A DNA stretch of 63,512 bases, the filler included, from Octopus bimaculoides (Eukaryota), in the NCBI RefSeq assembly GCF_001194135.2. It is 5 parts of 5 records of this genome, joined end to end, with 100 filler letters (N's around TTAATTAATTAA, not from the genome) between each part and the next. Parts side by side here need not be neighbours in the genome. Positions count along the whole stretch, not along the records: positions 28,447 to 40,357 come from NC_068981.1; positions 40,458 to 61,488 come from NC_068993.1; 3 more parts are not named here. One strand, given 5' to 3'. The notes under the pieces are model-generated. The model searched no databases. It was not told where the DNA came from and was given only the letters and a program-made list of their open reading frames with translations. Made by a program: the position numbers and the translations under genes. Below are positions 36,310 through 49,369 of this stretch, piece after piece; the first letter of the stretch is position 1; each line of letters opens with the position of its first letter.

Positions 36310-38345
36310 TTAGCGTTCCGGCACAGTACCAGCAACAGTATCGACACTAAAGTCACTAGAGTCACCGCTACCCATCTGGAAGACCTGACGAACGCCTGTA
36401 CCAATATCTGTAACCAGAGTAAACTCCCAGCCGGAATCAAAAGGAACTGCGCCGCGGGCAATGGTAAAATGCCTGCATTTCACCATCTCATCAAGACACA
36501 TAAACAGGAACCTGAGCTTCACATGAGAGCATTAGTCTCCGAAATAGAAGGGTTATTTTGCAAAATTATCCTGATTCCTTTTCAGAATCCTGAGACTCAC
36601 TACTCTCATTTCCTATTCATGTCAACAACCCGAATGAGATCATTCAAAAATTGCACCATCTTGAATCCGAAACGCTCGGACGCAACAAATATACCTTCAA
36701 CTTAGACGTAGTCTTCTTATACAAGTCGGTTCCTTCCCTTCTAGCGGTCCACTGATCATGGAATGTATTGTCGCCTCGGACTTACATTGTTTCGGTCTTA
36801 CCACCTACAACATTCACCAACAACTGTTGGTTATACTTACCAGCATGCACTTCGGTTCCTTTGCCAACACATTTAGACAGTATTTAGACTTGCCCATGTG
36901 GTGCAGCCTCTCAGGCCTGCTCGCTATTGCCGACTTAGACTGACTAGAGCGTAGGGTACTCAGTATCTGCTACTCATACGCTTTTTTTTTACCAGTTATG
37001 TAGAAACTTACGTATGAGGACACCTTCTCTATACAACTGAATTTCAAAATGATGGCGCAGCATATTAGCTTCACCTTCGACCACACAAACGGCGGTAGTT
37101 CTCCCCTTCCTTCACTTTCGGCTAAATATTATGAACCAGGGATAAACTGACACAGTATTCTACAGAAAATTTGCTTGATGGAACATTTCTGTCCGTTACA
37201 AGTTGGCCCACCTCATCAAAGCTTACATGAGCCACGTAGGTAACATGGTTACCTGGATACACAAAAGACGCAGTGACAATACCAGCCTGTATGCACATGT
37301 TACTCAGTTCCTTGAGACCAACGGATATCGTGCACGCCGGTTGAAAGTCATAAGAGGGATTTCTCTAAGACTTGCTCCTTGAGAATTCTCCACTTTACAA
37401 GGTTATCTGCAGGGAAGAACTGGGCATCCTGCTGGCCCATTAGGAAAAGAAAGGTCCATTTACCACCGGAGTCACCATTACTTTCTTCATAACCCATAAG
37501 TTTTGTCTCGTCCCGCAGTGACTGATATTTCTATATCTTTTCTGTTTCCTTACATTTCACCCTTGAATCGCCTGGTATCTGAAGTCCATGATGGATCCTA
37601 GGAACGTTTACTCTTGGGTAACACGTGATCTCTGCGTAATGTCCTTTGCTGTTTCTAACGAATAAACCAGTTACATGTAAATATGTATCAACGCACACTG
37701 GCAAACTGCTCAATTTACAACACTAACAGTCTCTCACACACGTACCAAGTGTACCAGATACCATGCTCCAAATGTAATAACTGCCAGAATGGTAACACAG
37801 TGCAACCACTCGCCGTCCGAGTGAAGGCGAACTTTGCTACCAACGCGTCTTTCTTCCACAGACACATGACCAGAGGCGCCAACACCACCAAACAAATATA
37901 CGCCTCATATTGGCATCGGAGGGGAACACTGGAAATCTACGTATGAGAGAAGCTATGTTGATCCTCCCCCGCAACCCGAAAATTAACAGTCTATCGGAGT
38001 TGAATCTGTCACTCTTGTGAAAACATCACGGCATTTGTGACCAACATCAAAATGTAGGCAACCATCTCCACCGTGTGACCATACGTCACATCAACTAACA
38101 GTTGGAGAGTGGTGCTACTGCTGCTAAGCCGTCACATGAACCAACAGTCTGAGAGTTGCTTACTTCAACAATCGGAGAGTTGCTTGCACCAACAGCTGGA
38201 GAGTGGCTGATACTGCTGCTAACTTAACGCCGAGGATTATGAGTAAGTATCACAATCGGTGTAACTGTACATTTCTCAGACTGCTTCCCGTTCAGGATGA
38301 GTCTTTGTACTTGAAATATAAAGGGTTTTCTAAGACTTTCTGCAT
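36310..38345 (+). mobile_element. Penelope-like element (RT + GIY-YIG + terminal region), degenerate and interrupted
   Basis: AFHHLIKTHK..RALVS, LDVVFLYKSVP, LPMWCSLSGLLAI, then VYQIPCSKCN..PLAVRV; hammerhead-like GAGT-CTTTGT-ACTT-GAAATATA at ~38286-38325. Confidence 0.85.
37453..37680 (-). repeat. Inverted copy of 35663-35891 inserted between the Penelope RT and GIY-YIG
   Basis: Reverse complement matches with only scattered substitutions and a small indel; both copies begin at TACATGTAACTGG. Confidence 0.9.
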
Positions 38346-39037
38346 TGTTAGAGACTTTCTTATTTTCCCTTTTCTTTTACTTCTTAAGTATTACAATACT
38401 TCAAGCGAAATTCAACACTCCTAATCATTACTCTGCTTGGATGTCTCAAAAGAGATTCATGTTCTTCCTTATATTTCCTTCTACCATTTATACCGTTGCC
38501 AGTAATTTTTTGTGAAACAAGGTTTGCATTAAAAGAAAATCTGGAAACAAAGTCCCAGAGATTAAATTCCATTTAATTATGAACGATCTAGAATTGTTTG
38601 ATAAGTGAGAAGAGGAACTGGATATGCTTGGGAAAAGTATACTTTATACTGGAATGGATTTTGCCATCTCAAAATATATTCTAATTAATTTGTAAACATT
38701 TCAAATGTGATATAGTAGAGTATTCATTTAATATCTTGAGATTCCTTGAGTGGCCTTGGAAACCACAGTTATAAATATCTGGGCATATGAGAATATAATC
38801 GAATTATGAGAGAAGAGAGATTCCATGCACAGCGCCCACATATAAATGAAGGCTGAGAATGATAATGAATGAACAGGAAGCTATAGCCCAGTAATTTAAT
38901 CTCAGCCACCAATAGCTGAGCCCCTGCAGTGATACATTGCTATGCTACTAATCTTAGTTCAATTCAGGAGGTTATTAAAGCATTTGATTGAAATATTCAC
39001 AAGTTGGTGATACACCACGAAACATTGCATTTACAGA

Positions 39038-39350
39038 ATGCGTGGTCCATTTAAGAAGCGAGTGAATAATGGAGACTGTCGTGTAACATGCCCTAAAAAT
39101 ATTTGTTACGAACGAACATGGGTAATTATAGCGGGGTTTGCCAACTAGCAAAGAGGTGAATTTGCAGTATAATAAGGAAAAAAAGTAAACGACATAACCA
39201 AGCAAGCTAACAAAAAGATTTACATCAGTATGGAGAGAGTCAGTGAGAAAACAAAGCCCATGCGAAGATATGTGCAACGTTGGCCAGTTTGAAACAGATA
39301 AAAAGCACAAAATAATCTGAGCAGTCATAATAAAGGGCGGCCCAAAGTGA
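39038..39350 (+). mobile_element. Possible Helitron Rep-domain remnant
   Basis: MRGP..NGDC..CPKNICYERT..GFAN*QR resembles HGP..GKC..FPK..T..GYPxYRR; later AHxxxCA and NKG; decayed. Confidence 0.4.
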
Positions 39351-40326
39351 AGGAGAAATGGAAAGCGTAATAATGGTAGCACAAAGTCATGTTCTGAATT
39401 GAAACACGAGGGAAAGTGAACGCGCGCGCGCACACACACGCACGCACGCGCACACACACATACACACACACAAATACGCCAAAAAGACACCCGTCATATA
39501 TATAGGTATGTATATTATCAGAAATAAATAGCACTGTGTAGGTCATGGCTGTGGAAGTGAAAATGCAATCCCTATAATAATTAGATCTAATCTGTTCACA
39601 GAGCAACACAATAACTGGTGGCATAATGAGGGGTGCTTAAATCTATAGCGTTGCTCAAACACAGTACACTTTCGAGGTAGAACAGATATGTTACCTAAAT
39701 ATATGAGAATAGAAAGCATTCTTCTGTCTAGGTACGGGTGTGCATAAGTATACACAAAGAGCTGGCACAGAGAGCGGTCATGAGTCTTAATGAAAATGCT
39801 ACTTGTTTTAATTTTGGCAGAATAGCAAAAAACAAAAAAATCGTGGAGGGACATTGGCCGCAGTGTTTGACTTGTATTTTAATTTATCAATTTCGAAACG
39901 AAAACTGCATAAAGTTAACTCGGTGTTATTTGAACTCAGAATATAAACAGTGAGAATATAAGCAAATAAGGAATTTCTTAGACTCGCAAAAGGATTTTTG
40001 ATGGCTTACTAGTAAGTAGAAGAATAGGGGGAAAACGGAGAAGGACAAAACAGCGAGAGAAAGGGAGCGTGCTCTTGTTTACTTCAATTAATAAACATGT
40101 AGTAAAGCGGTAGCGAATTTATGATAGCCAGATATGTTTTGTAATGTTTATAATCTCAACTGACTTCTGAAAATTCATATAAGTACATAATCTGCCGTCA
40201 ACAACATCTGCTTTTGACGCTCAACTATATCCACCCACACACAGAAACACATGTATGTATATATACGTATGTATGTACGTATGTATGTAGGTATGTATGT
40301 ATGTATGTATACGTATGTATGTATGA

Positions 40327-40357
<31 letters not shown>

Positions 40358-40537
40358 NNNNNNNNNNNNNNNNNNNNNNNNNNNNNNNNNNNNNNNNNNN
40401 NTTAATTAATTAANNNNNNNNNNNNNNNNNNNNNNNNNNNNNNNNNNNNNNNNNNNNTGTATGTATGTATGTATGTATGTATGTATGTATGTATGTATGT
40501 ATGTATGTATGTATGTATCTATCTATCTATCTATCTA

Positions 40538-40591
<54 letters not shown>

Positions 40592-40699
40592 TGTGCCTGT
40601 GTATATACATATGAGACCCATCCTCAACTGCAGAAATGTTAATACTATTCCTTTTGATGAAGAAGATTGACCTGCAAAAGCTCAGTGCTGCATAAAAAG

Positions 40700-40930
40700 C
40701 CCTCGTGTCAGTACACTTGGATGTGCTCATGCTAGCGTCATATTAAAAGCATCCAGTACACACCGTAAAGTGGTTGGCATTAGGAAGGGTATGCAGCTGC
40801 AGAGATGAAGTCAAATCATCTGGAACCTGGTGCAGCTCATCTGCTTGCCAGCTCTTGTCAAAATATTCAATCAATGTCAGCATGGGAAATTGACATTAAA
40901 GGGTAGTGATGATGATGCTGATGATGATAT
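40700..40930 (+). mobile_element. RTE-type 3'-tail SINE/LINE end with (GAT)n tail
   Basis: AAAGTGGTTGGCATTAGGAAGGG..CAGCATGG..TAAAGGGTAGTGATGATGATG. Confidence 0.55.
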
Positions 40931-41029
40931 CATATATGCATGCATGCATGCATGCATACATACATACATACAGACATACATACATACAGACATCAGTAGC
41001 GACTTCAGCACTCAGGCAGTTTGAGCTTA

Positions 41030-41310
41030 GCCCAAGTATAAATTTAGTAAAGTGAATGTGTATTTGCAAGCTGATCTAATTTCTGCTGACACTGGCTTCA
41101 AGTATGTAATTGCAGCCAATAATTTGGGTTCCTGGTTGCAGTTCATTTATTTTCCATCAGCATCTGGTGGTCATCTTAGCTGTGCAGACATTTTTTCAGC
41201 CATCTGGGAAACGCCTGAACCACAAGTACACTTGTGTGCGGTTCATACACTCCTCTCCATATACTTTATGTAACTTTGCATAGGCCTCTGAACAGGTATC
41301 GCGATGGCAA
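41030..41310 (-). mobile_element. Mariner transposase N-terminal (HTH) remnant
   Basis: SEAYAKLHKVYGEECMNRTQVYLWFRRFPDG. Confidence 0.75.
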
Positions 41311-42959
41311 CTATCTTTGTCATGGTCAATGCGACGATCACACGCCACACATTCCTTCTAAGTACTGCTGTAAACAGAGCTAGAACGTTAAAACTCAGTG
41401 AGCATACACAGAAGAGGTGAAGGTCAATCTTTGCCAAGCGACTTCATTCTGCGTGCTTTAGCTTCGTTACTATCTCGTATATAAATATATCCAACCCATG
41501 TTCATCATAATGAAAAATTAGTGACGCCATATCTGAAGGCAGTGAAGTTCATCCTCGAAGCATTAGACTGTTCCGGCTATGACCATCCCATCTTATTCTA
41601 TATTCAAGTTACATTGACCAATTTTTTCGACGGCAGTTTGTTTTGATGTGAGTGTTGTTTCTATTTGAAGTAAATTAGGTTATCATCTATATGCTCCTTA
41701 ATTGGCCAATGATAATATATTCGCTAAGAGTATTGCATTTCATTTCACGTGTTTTTAATTCAGAAAGGGTCAATTTTGCTTTTCATTTTCCCAGAGGCAA
41801 TAAGATAAATAACTGGAGATATATTTTGCTTGGTTTAGTCGATATTAGATCTCGGTATGCACATATGTGGTCAGAGTGCAATGTAAACAACAATCCTTAT
41901 TCTTTCAGCCTGCATTAAATTGATATATTGTAACACATCTGTGATACTAGAAATAGTTTGCTGACGTTTATGTTCAGCTATCTTATTAACGACCATAATG
42001 GAAGATACGGCCTGTTAAACCTATTTATCAGAGAGCGGAAAAAAAAAAAAGAATTAGTCAAACAAACATAAAACAGGATGCGCAAGGATGAAAATTTCTT
42101 CAGAGGATTTCCGATGGGTGGGGAAACATTGTTCATACGATTAAAATGTTTTATTCGTTCAAAATATTAACCGACTTCCTTGTATTGTTTGTGTTCTGTA
42201 ATTTGCATTGTTTTGTTGTTTATTTCGTCATTCTACTGTTGTTTCTGTCCTCGTTATTGCACGTTTCGTTTTCCCTTGTCACAACATATGAATCAGCGTT
42301 ACTTGAATATTCTTATTTTAATGACGTTTCTTAATATACACTCGCTCTTTCTCTCTGACAAAAATATTATAACAAACCAAAGTTTTGATAACGTGAAATG
42401 TTACAGTATTGCGTAACCGAGCACGTCAGTGGGAATGTGTGTTATGATTTCAACACTATTTCTATTTTATCCATATTTCTTTTGATAACTAACATTCACT
42501 CTTTCGATAAAATCAACAATCACAAAAGAAATGGCATGAATATGTAGCGTGTTAAAATTATGAAACGAACTCAGTTTTATACAATGACAGTAATTAATAT
42601 TAACTCCACAGAATTATTAAAACTGTTATTGTCATAATTGAAAGTAAATTGCAATAGAAACAGGGATTGACGATAGTAATATACCATGATTTCATAAGAG
42701 AACTTAAAGGCCTCCCTCATTATGCCAAGCCCACAGGCAGGTACTTGTACAATACGTTCCAGTTTTATAAGTATTTCAGAAATTACAGCTGAAGTACACA
42801 ATTGCAACGTCTTATACCTAGCAATGAGCATTACCGAGAACATATTTCGGTGGCTTGCATGTCGATGCATGACTGCAAACAGCTACCAGTGAGCAATGCA
42901 ATAATCCTGCGGGTAAAGGAGCCAACTCCATTTGCTTTGAGAAGAGCCGTTTGATTCTA

Positions 42960-43177
42960 TTAATAATCCTTTCTACTAAAGGCACAAAACCTGAAAATTT
43001 AGGGTCGGGACCAGTCGATTATATCGACTCTTGTTTGTAAATGGTATTTATTTCATCGTCCTCGAAAGGATGAAAGAAGTCGACCTCAGCCAAATTTGAA
43101 CTGAGAACTTAAGGACGGACGAAATGCCGCTAAGCAGTTTTCCCGGCATGCTAACGATTCAGCCAGCTCACCGCCTT
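42960..43177 (-). mobile_element. SINE family B (tRNA-derived, TTA-repeat tail)
   Basis: Minus strand head AAGGCGGTGAGCTGGCTGAATCGTTAG, B-box-like AGTTCTCAGTTCAAATT, 3' end GTAGAAAGGATTATTA. Confidence 0.85.
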
Positions 43178-43477
43178 ATATTTGATTCTATTAGTGACAA
43201 TTCAGATGCTGCATATATGGGTAAGAGACTCTACAGAACGAAATGATTTTGATCTGCGAGAAATTATACAATGGCTGCTTAGTGCAGTTTCCTAAGAGAT
43301 GTGCAGCGTGAGTGATGACAAGACTTGGTGGCAGTTTATATATATATTTATTGCTATAATTGTACAAGGCTTCATGATAAACAAAGAGCGTCAAATAATA
43401 AAAACATCGAAGTCAATCAACTACCATAGATAATTGTGAGCAGCTCTTGGAAGTTCATCCACATCAACTCGATGGAT

Positions 43478-43603
43478 CAGATGATGCAGGATGTGCTATT
43501 GCTGGGGAAATATCACCAGAGGGAGTGGCATAGAGAGCATTCAGTGTTTGGGGCAGTCGAAAGAGATACAGGCAGATGCTGCTAAACTGAGGTCCCGGAT
43601 TAA
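43478..43603 (+). mobile_element. Merlin (IS1016/ISXO2-related) transposase remnant
   Basis: QDVLLLGKYHQREWHREHSVFGAVERDTGRCC*TEVPD matches the DES..RKYxRG..WVFGxVER.TG.C..VPDR pattern. Confidence 0.65.
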
Positions 43604-44157
43604 ACACCCAAAACACTTTAACCTATTATAAAGCAATGACTAATGCAAAACAATTATTTTATATGCGATAAGTGGACTTTCTATGTAGATTTAGACAACT
43701 TCCATGCTCATTAAGTTGTTTACCACTCACTTAATTTCCTTGATATAAGTACTGATCTAAACGCTGGCAGCACCCGTACACAGACCGTAGAAGGGCGACG
43801 GATGCTCGCCAAGAAGAAACTCAAGTGACAATGTGTAACTAATGGTGCTTTTTTTTCTCACGTATCTTCATGAGCGGATACAGCGAAACATATTTAGAAA
43901 TTAGGAAAAAACTATTTGTAAAACACATTTCGTGCATCATTGTGTATTATATTTACCTGTAAATGTGATTATTTTCATCTTACGTAAAATATATGTACGA
44001 TTCTCCTTGTTATATAAAGTAGATGTAGGTATGTTCTATACATCGGTTGTGTCAGACGTTGCATATATGAAATGATGGCATGTCACTGTTGTCTCTTCCA
44101 ATTTACTTTCACTTCATTAGAACACAAAACCAAATAATAAGTATATTGGTGGATATG

Positions 44158-44355
44158 TACAGGGGGTGGGGTGGTGCTGAAAAAAGTTCCTGGCTTTGGG
44201 TAAAAGAAAATACAGGAGAATCAGTTAATTATGATTTCATTCAACATATTCCCCTCTCAGATTCACACCCTTATTCCAGGGGACCTGCAGTTCTTCTAAG
44301 CCCTGTAAAAGAACTCAGAAGGTTGGGCCTCCAGCCAGGCTTTTCGCGATACCAT
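44158..44355. mobile_element. Mariner-derived non-autonomous element
   Basis: TIR-like GGTGCTGAAAAAAGTTCCTGGCT and a related inverted AGCCAGGCTTTTC. Confidence 0.45.
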
Positions 44356-45274
44356 AAAATCAGTAACTTTTTAGCATCCATCTCCTTATATAGATATGCA
44401 TATATGCGTTTGAGTTTGTATATATCTATGTAATTTTATTTTGTTTCATTGAAGTTTTTTCTTTGTTTTGTTTTTTAGCTCTTATTCACGCCTAACAACT
44501 TCATCTTTGAAGCCTTGAAAGAATAAATGTATGGTTAAACTCTCAGGAAGCAATCAGGAATTTCCGAGATATTTGGAATAATGGACAAATATTCAGCCTA
44601 AAATCTGGGTTATGTACACAATCCTAATTGAAGTTTAAAATATTCCACTTTGAAGTCTTTCATCTGAAACTGTTTACTTTGTGAAGGTTTCTTGAAAACA
44701 AATATAAGTTGTATTTAAAACTTTATCATTGCTTAAAAATGTGATATTCCAGAATATTCCAAAATATTGAACTTCTTGAAGTAAGATAAACTAACCCCAT
44801 ACCAGTTCTACGTAATGCATTGTTGCATTGAAACCCCGTGGGGTTGAGAAGGACAAGAAAAATGTATATCTGTGATCAAAACCGTTTGACATAATCAGCC
44901 AACCTCCTTCCTCTTTCAATAATTGGACACAGAGTTTGCTTAAGGGAGGGAAATGACTTAGTCTTTTATATTATCGTATTTCCAAGTATTGATATGCTAC
45001 CACCCTGATTACGTACCTCAATTTCTTTACCAATATGTTTTATTTGTGGTTTAGCGACATATTGATCCTGTTGGCCTGTTACTGTGTGCACCTGTTCAAT
45101 TACTTTCACTATACAAAGACACCTTAAGTCTAGTACAGATAATCATCCCATGTGTTTAAAATTGGCTGACGAAAGATGTAACTTTCGTACGCGAGGCTGA
45201 AAGTTAAATTCTTGAGAGTTTGCTAAGAAGTAAATAGTACCATTGGCGCCGAGAAATATGGGATCTGTCATTTT

Positions 45275-45457
45275 CTATTTCTTAATTGCTTTCGGTCACT
45301 GGATTGCGGCCACGCTGGAGTGCCGCCTTGAAGGATTTAGTTGGATAAATCGACTCCAGTACTTATTTTTTAAAGTCTAGTACTTATTCTATCGCACCCT
45401 TTAACCGAACCAATAAGTTATAGAGATGTAAACAAACCAATACTGGTTGTCAAGCGG
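45275..45457 (-). mobile_element. SINE family A 3' half
   Basis: GACTGCGGCC-like segment, ATCGACTCCAGTACTTA, GGTTGTCAAGCGG, then microsatellite. Confidence 0.75.
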
Positions 45458-47094
45458 TATGTTTGTTTGTTTGTTTGTTTGTTTGTGTGTGTGTGTGTGT
45501 GTGCGCGCGCCAAACATAAACATACATACATACATACGTACATACATATATACATACGTACGTACATACATAATGCATACATACGTACGTACGTACATAC
45601 ATACATACATACATACGTACGTACATACATACATACATACATACGTACGTACATACATACATAGTGTTATGTGTCAAGCTACTGCTATCCAGCACCTTCG
45701 AATGATCTCTACTCAACCTCTACACAACTGCTACTCGACTGCTACTCAACACTCCTACCACGGCCAGACTACCTCTATTTATATGTCTTGGGAGATCCTA
45801 CTTCTTCGCCTGGGGGCGTCGACACAACACATACATACATACACACACGTGATTGCTCCATCTTCACAGATGATTGCCATCTCTTTGTGCTTCCTCATTG
45901 TCAATAGCATTTCTAACTTTCCGTCCAAACTGTTGTAGATTTGCTTAGCGTGAAGTATTGATGACAGACAAAAATTGTAACCTGCGTTAGACCTGCATAC
46001 GTCACATCGTTGTCGTTGCCATAAGTTTTTCAGTCGACGGAACAAGGAATACGATCACCATAAAGAGACATTAGTACATCATTGGATTATAGTGATAAAC
46101 GCTTGTACAACACAAGTGCTACCCTCTGAGTTTCATGATTTGCATTAGTGACAGGCTGAAGCGAGATGACCAGTAATCACGTGAATCTGTATATTTTACA
46201 ACTGACTTTTTCTTCCTGAAGGATGCTGTGACAACAGCTAAGGATCCCTCACACCCGGTGATTTTACTGTGCACCCTGACACCAAACAAGGGCATTTCTG
46301 CACTCAGCTAGATTGGCATCACATATGCTAGTTCACCCATAACTGGGACCCTGACAAGTACTACGACTCCGGTCAGAGTAAACCTGGAACAGCACTGGCT
46401 AAAAGGTAGTTTCACACCCCTCAAAACATTACATACATACATACATACATACAACCAATTTCCGGTTACCAAATCCACCCACAAGCATTAGTCAGTACTA
46501 GGATATAGGAGAAGGTGCCGCGTAGTGAGACTGAACTCAAGCCACGTGGCTACAAAGCGAGTTTCTTTACCAGATAGCCATACCTATGCTCAGCAACTTG
46601 AACATATAGTATTAACTTTGCACAAAGATGACAATTTTTCAATTGTTATTAATGATTTAATGTTCACTGAGATGAATTCTCGCCGGGGTCAGCTTTGCCT
46701 TTCATTCCTCCAGGGTCGATAAAATAAAGTACCAGTGAAGTACTGAGGGTCATTGATCTCGACTAACCTTCCTTCCTTCAAAATTGCTGGCCTTGTGCCA
46801 AATTCAGAGACCATTATTTATCTAATACTATGTTATACATTTGAGGGTTCATCCTGTCCTCTGAATCTGGTAGATGGGAAAAAACTTGAAAGTTGTTACT
46901 TAAAAAATGAAAGAAAAAGAAAAGAAAGAAGCGGATTGAATTTTGAGCATGAGATTTTCTTCATTATCTGCATCTCAAATAAATAAATAAATAAAGAAAG
47001 AAAGAAAGAAAGAAACGAAGCAGAATGAAGTTCGAATTATGCCATAAAAGAAACTATAATACAAGCTATATCACTATAGCATACTCAAAACGTA

Positions 47095-47250
47095 AAGGCG
47101 GTGAGCTAGCAGGATCGTTACCATGCCGGGCGAAATGCTTCATGGCATTTCGTTCGTCTTTACGTTCTGAGTTGAAATTCCGCCGAGGTCGACTTTGTCC
47201 CCACTCCCCAAAATTTCGGACCTTGTGCCTTGAGTAGAAAAAAGAAAAAG
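47095..47250 (+). mobile_element. SINE family B, internally deleted
   Basis: AAGGCGGTGAGCTAGCAGGATCGTTA..CTGAGTTGAAATTCCGCCGAGGTCGACTTTG. Confidence 0.8.
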
Positions 47251-47329
47251 AAAAAAAAAGTGATCGCGGCAGATACATATTTTGCCGGTAAAGAAAGCTT
47301 GTAAAATGGTAAGAAACAATAAAATATCT

Positions 47330-47480
47330 TACCCGTAGAAAGTATGAAAAAATGGCTAATATTTCTTTCCTTTAAACTTTGCTTTTGTTACATTTATTCA
47401 CCCCCCCCCCAATCCCTCTCAACACATGGCTATGATGCCCACCATCCTATCACTTCTGCTCATGATTAGAGATGCACATA
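47330..47480. repeat. Partial direct duplicate of 47910-48055
   Basis: CTTACCC.TAGAAAGTATGAAAAAATGGCTAATATT..GATTAGAGATGCACATAC in both copies. Confidence 0.85.
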
Positions 47481-47909
47481 CCCTGCTCATTCCTCCCTCA
47501 AATTTAATGTTGTTGAGTTTGCTGAGCAAAAAAGTGAAGATGTTTACACAATTTCAATCAAATATGGAAAATGAAATTTCTAATTTCTATCATTATTTTA
47601 CAGATATGTTTTGTATATTTTTATCGAAATAAAATGTATTTCTTCATGATCGTTGATATTTTTTGTTATTTCTATTGCTGTTGCTAAAGCTGTTATCGTA
47701 CTTGTAGTTGTTTAGTCCGTGTAAGCCATGACCAAGAAGACTTATGTTCAACGCCATTTAAGTCGTAATTATCCCGTTTTCTTTTAAAGCATATCTAGGA
47801 TTATGTTGTCCAATGTACCCTTCATGTTTTTTGAAGACGTCAGTTAATGTATTATACTGTGTAACATGATTTTTTTTTTCTTGGGTAGCAGCTTTTATTT
47901 CCTATCTGC

Positions 47910-48240
47910 TTACCCTTAGAAAGTATGAAAAAAATGGCTAATATTTCCTTAAACTTTTGTTACATTTATTCAAACCCCAAAGAATCCCTCTCAACACATG
48001 GTTATGATGCCTGCCATCCTATTACTTCTGCTCATGATTAGAGATGCACATACTGTCAGCCACCAAGGGACATGCTCAAGTAGTAAAGGTCAAGCAACTG
48101 ACAAGCAAGTCTCTGGTATTGAGCAGAATATTTGCTATAATGATATTTCTGCTTTTGAAATGTAATGGAAAATAGGTCAGTTTCAAGACATTGGCATCCA
48201 GGTCACAAAAGAAAAGTTTGAAGGGAAAGTAATCATTTCC
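47910..48240. mobile_element. Repeat sharing a ~170-bp module (inverted) with 5311-5848
   Basis: Reverse complement AGCAAATATTCTGCTCAATACC..TTGAGCATGTCCCTTGGTG..GATTCTTTGGGGTTTGAATAA matches ~5413-5570. Confidence 0.75.
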
Positions 48241-48439
48241 TTTGATTTCTAGATAGAAGCAAATAGGAAATAACATTTACTGACCAAAGACAAAAATAAA
48301 TAAATAAATAAATAAATAAAATAAAATTTCTGTTACACAGTGTCATTTGAGGGAGATTTGATTATATTTCAAAATGTCGAATACATAAAGCAGTGGCTCC
48401 CAACGTATCCTCTACCAAGGACTCCTTTTATTCACCTTT

Positions 48440-48790
48440 TACGTTTTACTTGTTTCAGTCACTGGACTGCGACCGTTCTGGAGCATTACCCCGAAGGGTT
48501 TTAGTGGAAAAAATTTATCCCAGTACTTATTTTTTATAAAGTCTGTTACTTATTCTATCAATATCTTTTGCCGAACCGCTAAGTTACGAGACAAACAGAC
48601 GAACACTAGTTATCAAGCATTGGGAGGAACAAACACAACACGAACACAAAGACAAACAGATAGACAGACAGACACACGCACATACGCACCTATATGGATG
48701 GCTTTCTCAGTTTCCTCTACCAAATTCACTCAGAGGGCATTAGTCTGCCTGGGGCTGTAGTAGGAGACACTTGCCTAAGGTTCCTCGCAA
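48440..48790 (-). mobile_element. SINE family A, head truncated
   Basis: 3' half, (CAGA)/(CA) tract and CORE-like GACACTTGCCTAAGG. Confidence 0.75.
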
Positions 48791-49369
48791 CGTACGAATT
48801 CCAGGCTCGTGAAAGGGTCAGCCTATTTCAAAAACTCAGCTCCCTATCTTTGTGAACTCCAGGATCCCGCTAACTCCACAGTGAGAGTCGTTGATGCAGA
48901 GGCTCTTTCATGTCTTCATGAGGATGTTGAAACTACAAATACCATTCCAAGGATGGTGGATTAAGAAAGTCTTTTGGCCGTTCGACAAAATACGATGCGA
49001 TATTTATACTGGCTCTTTACATTCTAAGTTCAAATACCACTGCGGTCAGCTTTAGATTTTATCTCTCTGGGATCGAAAAAGCAAACTATCCGTCAAATAC
49101 TGAGATCAATCTAATCAACTAACCCTTCACCAAAATTTATGCCCTTGTTCTTATGTTAGAAACTTGTATTATAAATACTATTTAATACTATAGAGGACCT
49201 TGGAATAAAGGTGATTGATAAAAAACGAGCCCAGATGAAAACATCACAATCTCATAAAACTATTTACTTGAGTAAACTATTCAGAAAAATAATAAAAAAT
49301 TAATGTAATATTATTTGTTCTTATTTTGGCCGGGTACCAGCCAGGGCCGCAGCAACAGAGTCCACCCAC

